DNA of 58,373 bases, the filler included, from Sphacelaria rigidula (Eukaryota), in NCBI GenBank assembly GCA_964200075.2. It is 7 parts of 7 records of this genome, joined end to end, with 100 filler letters (N's around TTAATTAATTAA, not from the genome) between each part and the next. Parts side by side here need not be neighbours in the genome. Positions count along the whole stretch, not along the records: positions 41,769 to 50,021 come from CAXNAA020011769.1; positions 50,122 to 58,373 come from CAXNAA020011770.1; 5 more parts are not named here. One strand, given 5' to 3'. A program made the translations under genes and the position numbers. Shown here piece after piece: positions 45,879 through 58,373 of the stretch; the first letter of the stretch is position 1, and each line of letters begins with the position of its first letter. The notes beneath the pieces are model-generated. The model was not told where the DNA came from. It worked only from the letters and a program-made list of their open reading frames with translations, and did no database searches.

Positions 45879-46219
45879 TGTAAGACAGGCCTGTGGACGG
45901 CAGGCGTGGCTTATCTAACCCGGAACGATGGGTGTGTGTAGGTTGTAGCTTCTCACTCGTCGTAACGGTACGGCGCGCGCAGGGACGCGCCGTGGACTTG
46001 AACTGGGTGAACTCTGCAGGGCAGGGCTTGGGATAAGGGTAGAACAGAGTGCCAGATCGGGGCGCCGAGACGAAGTGCCTCCAAGTGAGGAGTATGACTA
46101 GCCTAGACTGGGGATTGGAAGATGACGGTCCCAGAATAACAGACCCGAGATGACGGTCCGGGTTGACATGGCCGGGTTTATTAATGAGCGGGTCGGGTCA
46201 TACAGAGGTCATGATCACA
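45879..46219. repeat. Isolated LTR (341 bp, TGT...ACA)
   Basis: Homologous to 8882-9221 and preceded by the purine-rich GGGAAGGAATAGCAGGGA. Confidence 0.75.
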
Positions 46220-46685
46220 GGAATGGTATGGGAGAGACGAGCCTCCTTCTGTCACCGGGGGTTAGAGAGATCGGGTGAATGTGCGAAACAAAAACGATGG
46301 GAATAACAAAGTAGTTTGTTGTACTACGGTACAACGCAGTTCTTTAGTTCCCAATACTACTGTGCTGTGTGCTGTGCTGTTGGGGCCGGCAAGTGACCCC
46401 CTAATTTTGTCGAACTAGAAAGATAACCCCACATCCTGTAAGACTACGAATATTCGTACCTCTGTGCGGTCGTTTTCGATGTCATTTAGTTCTTGACTTT
46501 TTTCGCACCTTTGTGCGATGAGTCCGATATGTGTGACGTTATAGTCTTATATAACGACGAGTAACTGTTATTCGCGGGTCCCTGTGATCGCATCAGGTGT
46601 AGACGCTTTAGCCTTTTCTTTGATCAGAATGCCACACAGAGAAAATGAACCTCCGATTCATGACCATCGTCGGGCCAATTCCATA

Positions 46686-47269
46686 CCACTCTGTACGGAA
46701 ATATAGCTGGGATATGAAGTGACGGGAATTTAGGCAGGATATGTACAAAGCTGCTGTTGGTAACCCTTTTAGCTGTTTTTTGGACCCAAAAGTAGTTTCC
46801 AAGGCATCATCAAACAGGGGGGGGAGTGAAGAAAATATTCCCGGATCCCCGAGGGGTATTTGAATACCATACCCCGTTCCCACAAAATGTCAGGAATTTG
46901 TACCATGTGCTCGCATTTGACAGCATCCTGACACACATCGAAGAGTAACCACGGCCCTCTTCTACGCTTCAACGAAGTTGTGAGATTCTTTCTTTTGACT
47001 GTTTCGCCGGCATCTTTAGACGCCGACATTGTCAGGAGGACAACTAGAAGGCCCTCAAACGGGGATTCATGTCAGCCAGCTCCTTTTGCTGCTACGTCGG
47101 GTGGTGAAAGGCAGTGCTGCACCGCGGCCTCTCGAAAACGTGCGGCATGGGGGCTTTCAGTCGGATCGCAGGGATTCCAACTGAAAAAAAACGTTTGGGC
47201 AAAATCGTCGACCGATACAAGTTATGCCGCAAAACGTCTGAATCCCAGCTATATTTCCGTACAGAGTGG
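46686..47269. mobile_element. 584-bp Tc1/mariner-type MITE
   Basis: Perfect 28-bp TIR CCACTCTGTACGGAAATATAGCTGGGAT, flanked by TA on both sides. Confidence 0.9.
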
Positions 47270-47899
47270 TACATCAGTCCTAACCCGTGTAACCGTCAAT
47301 CTCAACATAGATTTTTCCGATCACACAAACATTCCCCTGATTTATTTGATATACTAGGTACGACGTACTAGTAGTAACAACTCGCACTTTCCGATCATAC
47401 AGTTAAGGAAAATCCGACCTTCCGAGAACAATTCTGTCGCCCTTCCGGGCAGAAACTTCTCGACCTTCCAGGCGAAGCCGCTCTCCCTACTTGAAACCAG
47501 AACTCGTTCAAGACGGTGTCCCCAGTACACATCACTCTCAGGTTGTGTTCAACCATTGAGCCGTCGGACCGCCTGGCTGTGTTGTCGGCATCTGGTTTAC
47601 TTTTGGAATGAAAATGACGATCAGACTCAGTTGTTCATGTGTCAGCGATCAAAGGGTTGGCACTCCATTGTCGCATGTGTGGAGGTCGTGAGACTCCCGG
47701 TGACGGCAGGAACCGTCGGAGGTGGCCGATGATTTTCTTCGTGTTCAGTGGCCCAATAGAGGGAGCGACGATGATTTCATCAGATGCAAAGTGAATCCTT
47801 GATCGCTCGCGGGTATCGATGTACGAGCCACCCGCGTCGGCAATCCCGTCCGAGCAATAACAGGTGGTCACGGACTTGAGGCACATGATGAACATCCGG

Positions 47900-49120
47900 C
47901 ACGTTGACCGCAACCGTCTATCCCTCGGGTCGAAAGACTAGTCTCGACCCACCAGTCCCGACGACCGGGAAAGCGTTACCAGCCAGCCACCGGGACAACG
48001 CACCGGGACACTGCTGATGGTTTGTCCTCTGACTAACCCCTTACTCCCACCACTGCAGCTCGTTCCCCACTTGTTGCTCCAGACCCCCACCCCACGACAA
48101 GTCAGACATTTTCCTGGCTTGTGCCGCTCCCTGTCGTTCGCATTTATCACCCACCGTTCGGCGTTGTATGAGGAGGGGAACGCATTGGCAAGAAGGATTC
48201 ACTACGAACGTATCACCAATGAAACGAAAATTCTCGCGTGATCGCAGAGTGCGGGCGAGATTTTGCATGTCTTGGGGAACTCTGTCATTGATTTCCTCGT
48301 CCGGCCTGACTGACATCCTATCCAGCTTCACCATCATCGCCATCATCCGGATCCCGAGTTTTGGGGGGTACATATGTGCCTCTTCTTGCAACTCGCGCCA
48401 CACCGCGTCCGGAGAATAATCCGAAGAATGTCATGATCAAGATCCAATTTGAGGCTCGCCTGCAAGTGCTGCCATACCTGCAAGAATGCGTTGGGTACCG
48501 CCTCCGTGTGGCGATGCCCTAACTCGCGAACGTTCCATGTCGTGCTTTCCCGTGGCCATGTTAAGTTCACGACTGCCGGCATCCTTCAACGCCTTGTCGA
48601 TCTCGCTACGCCGCGGTGCACTCCACATTTGCTGTTTGTACTTCTCGAAGCTGAGATTGTCGTGCGGGGCGGAAGGGTCGACAAGGTGTCGAAGGATGCT
48701 TGCAAATAGTGAACTTGACATGGACGTCGAGCGCCACGACGTGGGAAATTCACGAGTTGAGGTATCGCCACGCGAAGGTGGTGATGGCCGTACATTTGGA
48801 GGCGTGGCAGCTGGCTGTTGAAGACGAGTTTCGAATTGGATCTTCATCGTGATGCTCTTCTTCGGGGTCATTCGAGAGACGCGGTGTGGCGCGAGTTGGA
48901 GGGAGGGCGTTACAGTACCCCCCGAATCTCATCTCGGCGTCTAGAGTAGAGATTATGACGAAACTGGACATGATGTCTGTTGGGCCTGACGAGGGACCAA
49001 CCGCAAAAGCTCCTCGGCATGCAAAACCGCGCCGAGACGCGTCGGTGGACGAGCGCCGACCGGCGCTGCGAGACGCGCGAGGCTGTGGAACGGTCCATGC
49101 TTGCCCCAGACTGAACTCGT
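47900..49120. mobile_element. Ty1/Copia gag remnants in two opposite orientations
   Basis: Minus strand: VWRELQE..YPPK..MMVKLDRMSVRPDE..MQNLARTL. Plus strand from ~48910: YPPN..IMTKLDMMSVGPDE. Both fit a Copia gag pattern. Confidence 0.6.
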
Positions 49121-49425
49121 TGACGCACGTGCATGTGAAAAATTGAATGCATTAAGAAGCAGGTGGATTTTCATCAAAATATCTGGTCGTGGGTGAACAT
49201 TTCAAGTCTGGGGGGAAGTATGAAGCTACATTCTCCACGTCTGTACCATGTCTAGACGATGACATTTAGAATATCTTAGTTTCCACACGTGTTGAGCTTT
49301 TGATTTGTACACATCGCGCTGATATTTGAAGAACGAAGTTCACTTTCTCACCCCCCGCCCCCCCGACCCCCCGGCCCTTCCCGATCCCCGCGCTCACGTA
49401 CGTTCGCCGCTGCCGCTTGCCGCAG

Positions 49426-49631
49426 CACCTGTACGGACGGGAGTACTGGTCCAAGGGGAGCGGCAAATCACAATCAATGTGGTTCAAGCACAGTCTGCTA
49501 GCGGCGTACTCGATGATCTTCATTCTCGGGTTGACGTTTTCCCAGGCGTTCCATCTCTTGGTGGGGTACTGCCGGGTGATGCTGTACCTCTGTGTCCACC
49601 GCAGGACGATGCTGGTCGTTATTCAAGTCAG
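49426..49631 (+). CDS. Isolated exon of an unidentified, probably membrane, protein
   Basis: CAG/GTGAG boundaries enclose an open frame HLYGREYWSKG...LLAAYSMIFILGLTFSQAFHLLVGYCRVMLYLCVHRR. Confidence 0.55.
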
Positions 49632-50180
49632 GTGAGATACGGCAGGGGGAGGGGGGGGGGGGTTATCTAATTAACAGGGAAGGGGAGAGGTACCCTAACC
49701 CTTTTGGGACTGATCTTCAGTAACAAGGGGTTCACTATGTATTAGTAAAATAATAATAAACAAGTCTGGGAGCGATCTGCCCAATCACGGCGAGGCGGAA
49801 TTTATTGACCAGTTCCGAACGACCAGTGGAGGGGGGCTGTCGCGGGAAGTGATGTCACTGCTAAGTTGGTGTGTGTTCCCTGTCCCTGACCCATAAAAAA
49901 GCCTTGGAAGCAAAAGACAGCCGACACTTTCTACGATAGCCCCCCCCCCCAAAGTGCATGGTCTTCGAAGGCAAAATCTTCACGTCACTCTACATGGGAA
50001 ACGCCGCGCACAAAGAGCCGCNNNNNNNNNNNNNNNNNNNNNNNNNNNNNNNNNNNNNNNNNNNNTTAATTAATTAANNNNNNNNNNNNNNNNNNNNNNN
50101 NNNNNNNNNNNNNNNNNNNNNGACGCACGGGGGGCACCCGCGGCTTTTTTCCCCCCGGAGGATGGTGGGGCGCCAAGCAG

Positions 50181-50242
<62 letters not shown>

Positions 50243-52477
50243 TCACCTGTGGACTAGGGATGAATGCGGTCAGGGGTGTATATTTGGTGTGTAGGAGTTT
50301 TGTGCATAGCGTGTGCGGCGGCGCGGGACGGGCTTATCGTTGTGGGTGTTTAGGGAGGATGCGGAGCTTGCGAGCGTTGGCGCCCATATATCGTCAGGTT
50401 TTGAAGGATACGATCAGTTATCCGGGATTGGTGTGGCGAAGCGACTGCAGCAGCGGTGTTGTACGCTCAGATAAGGGTGCACGAAGCCAATGAATGGGGG
50501 TTGTGATGGTTATACGATGGCGTGTGTAAATACTTCGAGCTGCACAGGCGTACCCACTCAAAGCTGAAGTGTTGTTGGCGAGAGAGGGTGGAGAGCATCT
50601 GTCGCGAAATTGACCACGACGTGAACCGCCCCCTGTCTGCCGCCATCTCCTTTGGAAAGATTGAAAGCACATGTGCTGGAACTGGAAATGGAACAGCGGA
50701 CCACACACGCAGATACACAACAGAGACACGCTCACGCGCACACTCACAAGCGCGGAAAGAAAAAAGGTAAAATCGAAACTCACCATTACATTGCCCATCG
50801 TGCCTAAGCTTTTCCCAAGAAACACTCCGGCTTTACCTATGCACCGCGTCTGATCTTCCACACCAGAAGAACAGCTACAGGCCGCTGGACCTCCAAGGCA
50901 ATGATTTATTCGTTCCGAAAAAAGCAAATGAAGAAGTGTTCCGTAAAGACGTACGTGAAAACAAACGACTCCAAAATGATTATGAGTGAAAGTATCAATA
51001 TGTTACCTGCATGGAGGCGTGTTTGATTACACACAGAAGAGAAGACAGCTTGGATAGATGCTTGTCGGTGTTGGTGATTTATAATTGGGCAGCTTTCGCT
51101 TGTGTGAAGGGTAGGAGAGGAGCGGAACCATCGTCTAAGGGCATCATGGGCTGCAAATCGGTGATAGACTATTGGAAACTTCTTTTGCACTGTTGTACTG
51201 CACGAGCCCTCTGTATGTCTACGGCAGCAGCGAGCGCTGTGCTGTCTGTCGACTTGACATCCTCGAACGGAAAAGGAAGCGAGACAGAAAGCGCGCAGAG
51301 CAAATTACTTGAAATAGAACCCACCGCGTTCATGGGGTACAGTTTTGTCTGATGCGCTGTCTGTGTTTATTTCTGCACAGAGACGGTTGGTCGTCTCAAT
51401 CCGGTCCTAGATTTCATTGTTTATTGCTGTTCAGTTACGCATGGGTGCAAACCAAATGAGAGAGGTGCATAAAAAATGTAAAAAGTGCTTCCATTGTCGT
51501 TTTTGGCTGCTGGTCGAGACAAGGAGGGCATCACGGTCGACTGTAGACAACATTGTGTGTTATGAGGAGGTACCCCTCCTGTTGATGCCCATCCTATTGA
51601 AGCTTAAAGACATCGCCACGACGTACAACAGTGCTCCGCCATTTGTGTGTTGTACATCAAGTCGCTAGTTGCCCCCCCCCCCCGCCACCCCCGCCCCCTC
51701 GCTTCCCATCTCTCCGCTAACGTTTTGGTTCTTAGTGCTGCACACATTCACGGTCAAAGCAAGAAACTACGACGAGGTTGTGATGTGCACCATCGTGTTG
51801 CCTTCTTTTCAGGTTGCACGTGTGCACCTCCTCAGGCAAACCTCGAAAGCCAATCACGAGCACATCACCTCCCTGTTCACAGAAAATGAAACACAAACTG
51901 GAACAAAGTCAACATAGTGACCAAAAGCAACGGCAACAGCACACGGCGGGTAACACCACACCAAGTCATCTCCATACGTGAACACCACCCCCCCCCCCCT
52001 TTACACATACTTTGCCCATCCTTGTGCACGTTTCCACTAGTCGTACTCGGACACATACACACGGATGCACACCAATTTCATGCTGCCTTACTTGAGCAGC
52101 CTGCGTGTGTAGAGGGACCGCTTTATTCGCGAATGTAGTACACCAACATAACATGATGACTTGCGAAGCAAGCACACAGCAGGAGCGCCGTAAGGGATCA
52201 CCGGACTCACTGGCGAAGACCGGACAGTAACGGGATCCACAGGAAGGGTCATCCCGCCTAGGAAACTAGATACACTCTGTTCTCATCAAATCGCGATCAA
52301 TCCGTTACCCACGCTCTGTAACCATGCAACATGAGTGTTGCTCTCTCGGCCCATCCCCCGTCAATCCGCTAGTCCAAAGACGCTAAAAAAGATGGTGGTG
52401 GAGATGCGGGGGCGCCCTCGGCGGTTGACCCCAACACTGCAGGCTCGAATACTCGAGGGGCAGCCGGCATACAAGGC

Positions 52478-55400
52478 ATGGGCGGAGCAGGCGTGACCGG
52501 AGAGCGACGAGCTCCGTTCGAGGAGACGTATCAGCTCGGCAAAGAGCTGGGGCATGGTTCGTTCTCGACTGTGCGCGAGGGCGTGCACAAGGTGCGTACT
52601 CTTTTTGGCTTGGCTTATCGTCCCACTTCTGTCGTGACCAAGTTGTCGCTGATCACTTCCATGAATATTTCACAGCAGTGCAGTCGCTGCCGGGTACTGT
52701 ATGCACTGTTCGATGAACTGTTGTCTGTGGCGTGCCGCCACAGACCTTCCTCGTGTCGTCTTTGCAGTAGTAGTGTGTCTACTGTTCCGTTAAAGTCACT
52801 GGTGAAAACTGCGTGTACGATAGCCCGGCATATCCCACTTCGAAGTACGTTCAAGCAGGGTTGGGCTCAATTTCGTTGGCCTGCGAGGTGATTTGATGTG
52901 ATATGACGGAGGTTTTGAGGTTGCTGGCTCTGAATCCCACAGGAAACACGAGGGCAGAATCGAACGGTTTTTGGGGTACGAACAGGTGAGTTGCAATTAC
53001 TGACTGCTGACACATGTGCCCCTAGGAATCTATTCATGATTCCTCGACATGAACAACAGAAAGGGACACAGTCACTGCACTACATGCAGACTCCTTCCTA
53101 CTATCGCACTATCTGTACTGTCAGCAAGATCTAACCACAACTGCAGTCGGCACACTGCTGTCTGTATTCATTGTTCATGACTGCCCCAAAATGTTCAACA
53201 TCCCCTTGGTTTGGTGAATGACTCCTCGTACGCTTCAACGAAGACTGCGAACTTGACCGTCGAGCGTTGACCACCACCCAACACTGACTGAAGCACGGGT
53301 TTTTCTTTATGTCGGGCTGTTTTCAGAAATCGGAACTTACACAATTCGGGCAGTTTATGCTCCGAGGCGAAAGAACTCGTTCCCGCTCCTTCCTCCCATA
53401 TCCGGTGTTGATCTCCACTGCCTCGAGGGGTGTATTGTCTAACGTTATCTTCTTGGCTGTCTTTTCCCGTGTCGCCAGAATTTTCCCCCAACCTGTCATC
53501 GAAACTCATGGTTGAAATATTCTTGTTTCCAAGTCGCTATGGTCGGGAGGGGGTCTCGAGCGTGCGAAATAAACGGTACAACACTTCCCGTTATTTTCAT
53601 GATATCGATCGGCGCCTGCCCGCACCGATTTGGGGGCAGTGCCAACGCACAGCTTACTCACGACTCGCTTCAACACCCCACACGCCCGGGAGTTCTCGTT
53701 GTTGCCGTGGATCGGGGTTAGGGTTCGACGATAGCATGTATGTTGTCAACGAGGGAGCTTGGCGAAAGGGTTATGGGGTAAATGTATCTCCGGGTCGTCC
53801 GTTGTCCGTTGCATAGCAGAGTACCGTTTCAAATTGCAGGCTGCGAAACTTCCTCTCTTGTCCGTACTGACTGCACTTGATATGTATACGTACAGTCGAC
53901 CCCTGTCTATCCTGTGTTGTCTTCCTTGGGCGACTGCGCCATCTGCCTGTCCGTACTTCGTCCGTACTTTGCCCTTAATTCGCGCACGATGGCGCGTGTT
54001 GCCCCACGTACATATTTTTTCAAAAGCCGAGAAGAAGCGGACCTCCCGACAGCCCCTCTGCCGTCAAAGGCGGTGCAATAGAGGCAGTAACGGTGACGCC
54101 CTCTTTGTTCGCAGTGAGTAGTAGTATTCGGTTTAACCCTTTGACCGCGACGGTAGGTTACGCGCTAAATCGGTATCCATTTCACTTGAAAAAGTACTGT
54201 GATCCAGATATACTACGCCCATCGCGGTCCACCGGTCGGCAACATGGACGACCGGGCGCGAGCTGTAGAGTGTTTTTTTTTTTCTCTAGTTGTCAATCTT
54301 CCTTCTGCGGTGCTTGCCTTCATATTTTATCGCAAGAGGATTTCAGCAGTCCCTTTCGCTCGTCGACGATCGAGCTGACTTTTGTTTACCCACGACACAC
54401 TCGATCTCCGCTGTTGGGCATTATGTGAGAAAGAATCGCAGATCGCTCCGAGATCCGAACCCACGACCCAACCACCACAAGGTTTCAAGGTTACTAACTG
54501 AGTCAACGGGGCGACCGGCAATTCAATACCCGTCAAAAATTCTGAAAATGAAAACCGTATCCGCAGGTAATTTTCAATAAATTGCGGGTTAATAATCAGT
54601 CGTCGAATAAAATCACTGACTGGACCCGTACGGGTCCACCATTCTCCAAAACCCGAAATGCTATTATTAGAGGTATCTCGAACTCGAGATTCGCGATATA
54701 TTTGAGTGTAAATTACTGTGAAATATACCAGGAATCTTTGGTTTGAGGTATGTTTATATTATTTACTTTTCTACAAATTATCCCTTGTAGAAAATATGAA
54801 ACGTCACATGAAACCAACTCAACCCAACCGTAACCCTTATACCCTATCCTTAACCCTACTTCCGAGAAAATGCAGACCATGAACACGAAGGCAAAGGGGA
54901 GTGCGCAAGGGCAAAAAACATTTGGAGAACGTATCACTTGTATACGGTAGGATACCGGCGGGGGGTTATAAGCCCTCGTGTCTCTGCGGACGGCAGTGTG
55001 CTCTGTCAATTAGTACCACGATTGTGTAGAGGACAATGCTCTGAAGAGCCAAACGGAGAAGATCACAGTAGAAGTGAGACAGGAAGCAAGGGTTTAGTCT
55101 CGCTGTTTTTCTCGGACAAGGGGGTAAATACCACAAACCAGTCAAGCTCATCGAATGCGCTTGATGTTGTCCCCGTTGGTCTAAAGCTCAGAGCGTGCAC
55201 CTCGATCGCTTCGTGACACTCATGTCTTGGAACACAGCTCGCCAAGAGCGGTCTAGCCGACACTCGAGGATCCTTCCTCGTGGCTGGAAATTTCCGATGG
55301 ACATAACCAGTAGATCTGGCTGGTTTCGGGCAGAACCATGAGGCATGTTGGGTTCGCACAACTGGTACTCACGATCATTTGAAGCAATGCAATGAGACAA

Positions 55401-57728
55401 CTTCTCGAGTGAAACTGAAGAGTCGTACGAGAAAAAAAATTTGGTCGCTGTTTTTTTTTTTTTTCTTCGTTTTTTTGCCACGTTACTAGGCCACTTCCTT
55501 CGGGCGTGTCTCAGCATATTTTTTTCTCCATCTCAAGTGCGGTGAAGGAGAATTTTTCCCATCCGACAGGCCCACGGCATGTCGTTTCCTAGCTGCCTTG
55601 AACTGTTTCTTTACAATTATTGACCTGCGGACAAGAAATAAAGAACAATATTATAAGCCTTTTCGATTGAAAACATGGGGACGGAAGGTACGAAGGGGTA
55701 CTTGACTCCTATCTTGCAGACCACGATGCCGAATACCACCCGTTCACACAATAATGCAAACTCCACACAGCTCATACCAGCTACCACCGCAACCCTGCAG
55801 CATAGAGCACGAGATGGCACAGGGATAGACACGCTACAGTAGTAGCTGGGTATGATGATGTTTTTTTTTTTTTACGAAAGCTTGAGCATCTCTCATAGAT
55901 TAGCGACGGACGGACGTGGTAGGATGGGCGACCAACTTGCATACACGCTCATGGACAGTGCAGGCAGTACAAAGCTGCACGTTGTTCACGTCCTTTTCAT
56001 AAAGCAGTGTAAGCAGTGAGCATACAGCTAGCCAGCCCTGCGCTGTCTATACTGCATGGTATCCGCTTCTGTTCCGCATCCTTCTGTACGAAACACGCAC
56101 ACGCGTACTCAGCCACACTGTATGCAAACAGTGCAGGCAGTACAGTACTTTTTAGGTATTTTCGCCGAAATCTCTGAGCCAAGCGAATCGGGGGGGTGAT
56201 GCAAAAGTGTCCAAGACGTGTGGTGGCGATATTCCCTGTGTGGGGGGCTGAAAATCGTGCCTAAATGTCCCAAAAGTGGAAAATAGGACCCCAAAAAATA
56301 CGAACCACAAGAAACGGTCTGACGTGATGAGGAAACGCATTTCTTTTGTAAGATTATTTTTTGTGACTTTTTTTCAACCGCCCAAAGTTACTGCAAAAGC
56401 GCTTGGAATCCCGACGCTCATCAACACGCTCCTTTACACCCCACAACAGCGCCCATGCTGGCTTGGCTGCCATCACCACTGCTGTTGCTACCGCTCGTGG
56501 GCAGTGAGCGTGTTGTGTCTTCGGCTTCGCGCCGGTGGCGTGGTGGCCCTTTACCCCAGGAGGACAGCATGGGGCAAGGTCGATGACGAGTGCAGTCCGT
56601 ATTTAGTCCGTACAGTATTGTAGCACATTTCGAGTCTGTGCATGCAGCATGCTGCCAACAGCATTCGCAATGCAGTACAGACTGGTCATGCAACCGAGCC
56701 TCGTAAAGACCGGACTGTACTGTGCACACGAGATTATGCGTGGTGCTACTACTGTCGTACCACAGTCATTACATGAGACATAACACTGTGTGTACTATTG
56801 TCCGTGCTGTCCGTACAGTAACTCCCACCGTGCAGCGAAAAAGCGCAACCATCAGTTCTAGTCAACAAGTACAGGAGGGTGGTGGTGCTCTCCCTTGGAA
56901 ATCAATAGTCTTGCGTCACCCAGCCGACCGTGTATTGCTCAGTACACCACGACACAACAGCAGAGTGCTGTGTCTCTCTCGCGCGCACCAGAATTTCAAA
57001 ATTATCCCCACACGCCTTGTGGAGAACGATCAAAACTGCTTTTCCGATTGTGAGAACATCTTGAGCCCATGAGAATGACAGCTTGAAAAGAAAAAAGAAA
57101 TGGAAAGCGTGTTGTTAAAAAGCGTTGTTTTGTTGTCACACATAGAAAGTGGCCTTACACGTCATATCATGGGGTTATTTTTTTTCGGACGAAAGCGCGG
57201 CCTTTTTCGTATGGGCAAAACAAAAGTGCCCAAATCATCGAAGCGGACAATCACGTCATGTTCCTGGAGAACGCGAAACAAAATTCTCGACCAATCAGAC
57301 AGCCGTATTTGGGGCAGTATGTACTGCACCGAAACTGTACCCGAAAACGTCCTAAATTGGCTCGGGTATACCTGAGCGTCGTGGGCATTCCCTTTTTTTG
57401 TTTCATCATCAGATCTGCTACTGTAAAGTACGGAAACTCTTGATTTTCTTTCACGAGGGTAGGTTTTTCGCAATAACACTTTTTTTTAGTTATGTGTGTG
57501 TGTTTGTGTGTCCCTCCCCTCGCGATGGTCTGATGACTATGGCATGCATGATCATGAGTACATCCCCCCCTCCCCTCGCGCGCGCCACTGTTTTGTTGCT
57601 GTCTTGCATTCCTTGTTTTTCTCTCGTAGAAAACACAACGACGGTATGCCGTCAAGTGCGTAAAGAGGGCAGATCTTCCGCCCGAGGATGAGGCAGATCT
57701 CAAGATGGAGGTGAAGCTCTTGCAAGAG
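52478..57728 (+). CDS. Ser/Thr protein kinase (CaMK-like), exons 1-2: 52478-52591 and 57630-57728; the rest is off the contig
   Basis: YQLGKELGHGSFSTVREGVHK|KTQRRYAVKCVKRADLPPEDEADLKMEVKLLQE covers subdomains I-III across a phase-0 GT-AG intron. Confidence 0.92.
54298..54516 (-). mobile_element. tRNA-derived SINE, 5' part
   Basis: Aligns with ~45357-45581. Confidence 0.85.
55700..56150 (+). repeat. Dispersed repeat homologous to ~43070-43520
   Basis: Shared CTTGACTCCT.TCTT.CAGACCAC, CAGCTACCACCGCAACCCTGC and GGACAGTGCAGGCAGT.CAAAGCTGCACG. Confidence 0.8.
57512..57580 (+). mobile_element. 43-bp retroposed LINE-type 3' end with an oligo-C tail and 13-bp TSD
   Basis: TSD CCCTCCCCTCGCG at 57512-57524 and 57568-57580. 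Confidence 0.8.
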
Positions 57729-57823
57729 GTGAGTGGCGACAAGCTGCCATGCACGCACCGGTCAATCGTGAGTACGGTGGTCTTTTATTTTGTTTCATTT
57801 CCGATACTATCGCCATCTTAGGC

Positions 57824-58110
57824 TTTTTTTCACACAATGCCCAACAGCGGAGAGCGACGATGTCGTGGGTGCACAAAATTCAACGTTACGGTCGACGAGG
57901 GAACGAGACTGCTAAACCCCTCTCGCTGTAAAAGATAAGGCAAGCACCGCACAAGAAAGGTAGGGTACTATATATATATATATATATACGAGTATATATA
58001 CACGTATTTTTTCTAGGCAAAAAATCCTGTGTTGGCCTTCCTTCCGTGTGACCTCGGCTGGTGCACCTGCACATACCGGACGATGTAGACTGGCGTCCAG
58101 AATAGATGAG
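57824..58110 (+). mobile_element. SINE body lacking the tRNA head
   Basis: Aligns to the reverse complement of ~45230-45490 (AAGGCAAGCACCGCA, CTGGCGTCCAGAATAGATG). Confidence 0.8.
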
Positions 58111-58373
58111 ATGACAGCACATGGCCCGATTGTGATGTACTTCCTCTGGGGCGAAATATAAGCTCGCTTGGAGGAAAAGTGACATATCTCGTTCCCATTT
58201 GCAAGTCTTTGTGAACGTTTTTTTTTGCCGTTTTCGCGAGCACCTCGAGCAAAGCCCAAAACCGATGTCTTTTCTGAGTCCCAAACACAGCAGTACCTAC
58301 TCACCCGGCAAGCAGGTGACAAAAAAACAAAAGACGGAAATCCACCGGTTGGAAGCCTTCCCATCCTTTTTTT

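Noticed and set aside
50550..50650. Possible minus-strand exon (EMAADRGRFTSW...FSFEW)
   Set aside because: Splice sites are plausible, but there is no recognisable homology or partner exon.
53195..53509. Possible pogo/DDE_1 transposase remnant sharing TACGCTTCAACGAAG with ~46962
   Set aside because: Only a 15-nt match and vague motifs, which is not enough to call.
57525..57567. Hammerhead ribozyme (CTGATGA present)
   Set aside because: There is no downstream GAAA core or compatible stems, and CTGATGA is not conserved in the other copies.

Overview
This is eukaryotic, intron-rich, transposon-rich DNA, most consistent with a brown alga (Phaeophyceae, Ectocarpus-like). That assignment is an inference from short GT-AG exons, stramenopile-type gene families and TE content. 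The window is not one locus. It is seven contigs of 8255, 8254, 8253, 8253, 8253, 8253 and 8252 bp joined by artificial 100-bp linkers (44 N + TTAATTAATTAA + 44 N), so adjacency across linkers has no biological meaning. Contig 1: decayed Ty3/Gypsy element with a 3' LTR. Contig 2: an arylsulfatase exon, an LTR and the last five exons of a LUC7-family gene. Contig 3: a Pmp-repeat/multi-TM pseudogene. Contig 4: five exons of an ARM-repeat gene. Contig 5: a decayed LINE carrying a MITE, plus a second Gypsy remnant. Contig 6: DNA-transposon, SINE, LTR and Copia-gag remnants and one exon. Contig 7: the first two exons of a CaMK-like kinase. The most interesting observations are (a) a LINE-related 3' end whose short copies end in oligo-C and sit in C-tracts with TSDs, (b) a Gypsy integrase with a chromo-like plus Tudor-like extension, and (c) a LUC7 second zinc finger with two ligands lost and a 7-aa duplication. 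No CRISPR array, rRNA or intact tRNA was found.
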